A DNA stretch of 63,262 bases, the filler included, from Globobulimina sp. (lineage: Eukaryota), in NCBI GenBank assembly GCA_003354225.1. It is 22 parts of 22 records of this genome, joined end to end, with 100 filler letters (N's around TTAATTAATTAA, not from the genome) between each part and the next. Parts side by side here need not be neighbours in the genome. Positions count along the whole stretch, not along the records: positions 60,486 to 63,262 come from PIVH01004928.1; 21 more parts are not named here. One strand, given 5' to 3'. This document shows positions 61,510 to 63,262 of this stretch, piece after piece (the stretch's first letter is position 1; the number at the start of each line of letters is the position of its first letter). Both the position numbers and the translations under genes were made by a program. The notes under the pieces were generated by a model that was given only the letters and a program-made list of their open reading frames with translations, was not told the origin of the DNA and did no database searches.

Positions 61510-62637
61510 TTAAACTGTGTAACAATCACCAAGTCTTTTAAAAGCTGCGTAACCACGGGAACTTGCATCTATAGACAATCTCGGTGGAGAAGGATTTCCT
61601 TCAAAAAAAATAATTTCTTTCTTTTCATTTATCATAACATCCCATCCAACATAACAATGTGTCACATTTGTATTTGGCATTGAACGCAAAGCTTTGTGTG
61701 CTTCAATGGCTTTTATCGCCGCAATTTTCAGTGTTTGAATACAATCTTTTGTGTAACACAACATTTCATCCAATTTATGCTTTCCTTTAGGTTCCATTGT
61801 GATTGGATCTATCATGAATAATTTGTAACTTGGGTCATGTGATGTTACTTTAAAATTATACGCTGCCACAATACTGACTATTGTGGCTTCCAAATTTTTA
61901 TCGCATACTGTTTGAATGTGGTAGACACATTTTCGACTTTTCCAAAACTTTTCCATCCTTAAAATTAAATATTTTCCTGGTGTTGTCTGCTGCTGTGCCA
62001 ACATTGTCTTTTCTAAGTCATCTTTATGCGCGCAACTAACAACACCTGAGCCAGAACCAATAGCACCGCCATCAATTTTGAAAATGAGACTTCCAAATGC
62101 ATTCCCATACAGTTCAATGTGATGCATATCTTCTTTAAATGATTCCGCAACAAGTTCAGGCACTTTAATACCATCAATTTTGGATAATAACTGTCTCCAA
62201 AACGTTTTAGTTTTCAAGATTCCAGACATTTTGTCGAATAAATCATCTTTTGATTGGCAATAGAATGTGAATGTTCGATAGCTGAGGTGCCAGACAGATC
62301 TCATCACGCAATTCCATAATCTGCTTGGTGTGTCTGTAAAAGGCATGTGAGCTACTTTTTTCCTTTCAACTTCATCTTTGACTCCTTTAATGATGCAAAT
62401 GACTGGCATGAATGCAATATACAAAATACTGCAAACGAAACGTAATACATAATTCTCAATGTTAACTCCTTCATTGTATTTCAACCAAAATTCGTAGATG
62501 TAATCCAGAAAATGAAAATTGTAACGTATTGCAGTCGCATAGAAGAATATGACTGGGTTCAAAATCAGTTGAAGTAGCGGTAGGAAAACAGGAGTACGTC
62601 GAGTCCAATCGTCACAGAACTTGCTTACGTGAGTCAT
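61510..62637 (-). CDS. ATP-grasp-fold protein (sugar-transfer-associated ATP-grasp-like) with N-terminal TMs
   Basis: KTFWRQLL..GIKVPEL, LIFKIDGGAIGSG, AIEAH..YVGWDVMI..IIFFEGN (ExN metal motif). Confidence 0.72.
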   Translation of the reverse strand: MTHVSKFCDDWTRRTPVFLPLLQLILNPVIFFYATAIRYNFHFLDYIYEFWLKYNEGVNIENYVLRFVCSILYIAFMPVICIIKGVKDEVERKKVAHMPFTDTPSRLWNCVMRSVWHLSYRTFTFYCQSKDDLFDKMSGILKTKTFWRQLLSKIDGIKVPELVAESFKEDMHHIELYGNAFGSLIFKIDGGAIGSGSGVVSCAHKDDLEKTMLAQQQTTPGKYLILRMEKFWKSRKCVYHIQTVCDKNLEATIVSIVAAYNFKVTSHDPSYKLFMIDPITMEPKGKHKLDEMLCYTKDCIQTLKIAAIKAIEAHKALRSMPNTNVTHCYVGWDVMINEKKEIIFFEGNPSPPRLSIDASSRGYAAFKRLGDCYTV

Positions 62638-62822
62638 TATTTTCAAACAACAATGAATTTTTGATTTCTTGAATGAACGAGTGTATAAGTCCAGATTCTG
62701 TTTATAATTGATGATTTCGGCAATTTATTTTTATTTATAAGTCAATTATGATTATGACACAAAGCAGCTACATCTGACAATTCATTATTTGAAACATCTT
62801 TCAATTGGTGAGAATGGCTGTA

Positions 62823-63056
62823 CCTTCGGAGCTCAAACTGGTAGAGCGCGTGTCTGTACCTTCGGGTATGTCAACTCTTAACTTAACATCCACCATGTTA
62901 CAGTTTCCGTTTGGAAATTTATTGGCATTGTACCGAATTCGTAAAAACAATATTAGTACATTTCCTCTGTTCTCAACCCAGCAGAGGAATATCGTACGAA
63001 GAGGTTGAATTTGTTGATAGTTCACGCGGTTGCAGGTTCGAGTCCTGCTCATATCA
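62823..63056 (+). tRNA. tRNA-Tyr(GTA)-like element with a ~160-nt structured anticodon-loop insert; acceptor stem imperfect
   Basis: D-arm GCTC-AAACTGGTA-GAGC, anticodon arm CGTGT-CT-GTA..TCACG, perfect T-arm GCAGG-TTCGAGT-CCTGC; the 3' acceptor strand TCATATC has no adjacent 5' partner. Confidence 0.6.
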
Positions 63057-63262
63057 ATTAATCAATATTTTTTCAACGTAACTTTGCCATTTTTCATTCA
63101 CAAATTTTGTGTATTTCAGTTTTGATTTTAATATTTCTTCAGTTTTATTGCAGAGGTTAATTCAAAACACTAATCTTTCGCCTTTTACTAAAGGTTACCG
63201 TGGATTGGCCTCGCGAATGCAAATTCATCAAATTTATGAAAGGGATATCTTCTTTGGTTTGA

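Noticed and set aside
62856..63020. Group I intron in the tRNA anticodon loop
   Set aside because: A P1-like U-G hairpin and a terminal G exist, but the insert is shorter than the smallest group I introns I know and I see no P7 R/S core motifs

Overview
This window is not one locus. It is 22 unrelated contigs of 2783 to 2777 bp, sorted by decreasing length and joined by 100-bp artificial linkers (N44-TTAATTAATTAA-N44), so adjacency across linkers has no biological meaning. The DNA is mostly AT-rich, gene-dense eukaryotic nuclear sequence with short GT-AG introns and very short head-to-head intergenic gaps. The gene content suggests a protist, possibly a foraminiferan or other rhizarian (inference only). 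Recognisable genes: RhoGEF, RasGEF, NDR kinase, CDK-like kinase, Rab GTPase, Sec8, Vti1-like SNARE, U1A/U2B'', MscS-like channel, AAAP amino-acid transporter, NRT2/NarK-like nitrate transporter, LolD-like ABC ATPase, two divergent sulfatases, a sulfotransferase, a GT34-like enzyme, ornithine cyclodeaminase, a dual-specificity phosphatase, and SET and ankyrin proteins. Three proteins are of microbial type: a CmcJ/AsaB/NvfI-like dioxygenase, a TIGR02452-like PARG with a degenerate catalytic loop, and an ATP-grasp protein. Mobile elements: a BEL/Pao LTR pol, a LINE, an Ngaro/DIRS-like gag plus RT-RNase H, and a separate DIRS-type tyrosine recombinase. Notable non-coding features: a 46-bp hairpin-forming satellite with 4-unit higher-order structure, a MITE-like inverted repeat, and a tRNA-Tyr-like element with a ~160-nt highly structured anticodon-loop insert. 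One contig is a eukaryote/Bacteroidota junction, probably a chimera. All family calls come from motif recognition by eye, not from database searches.
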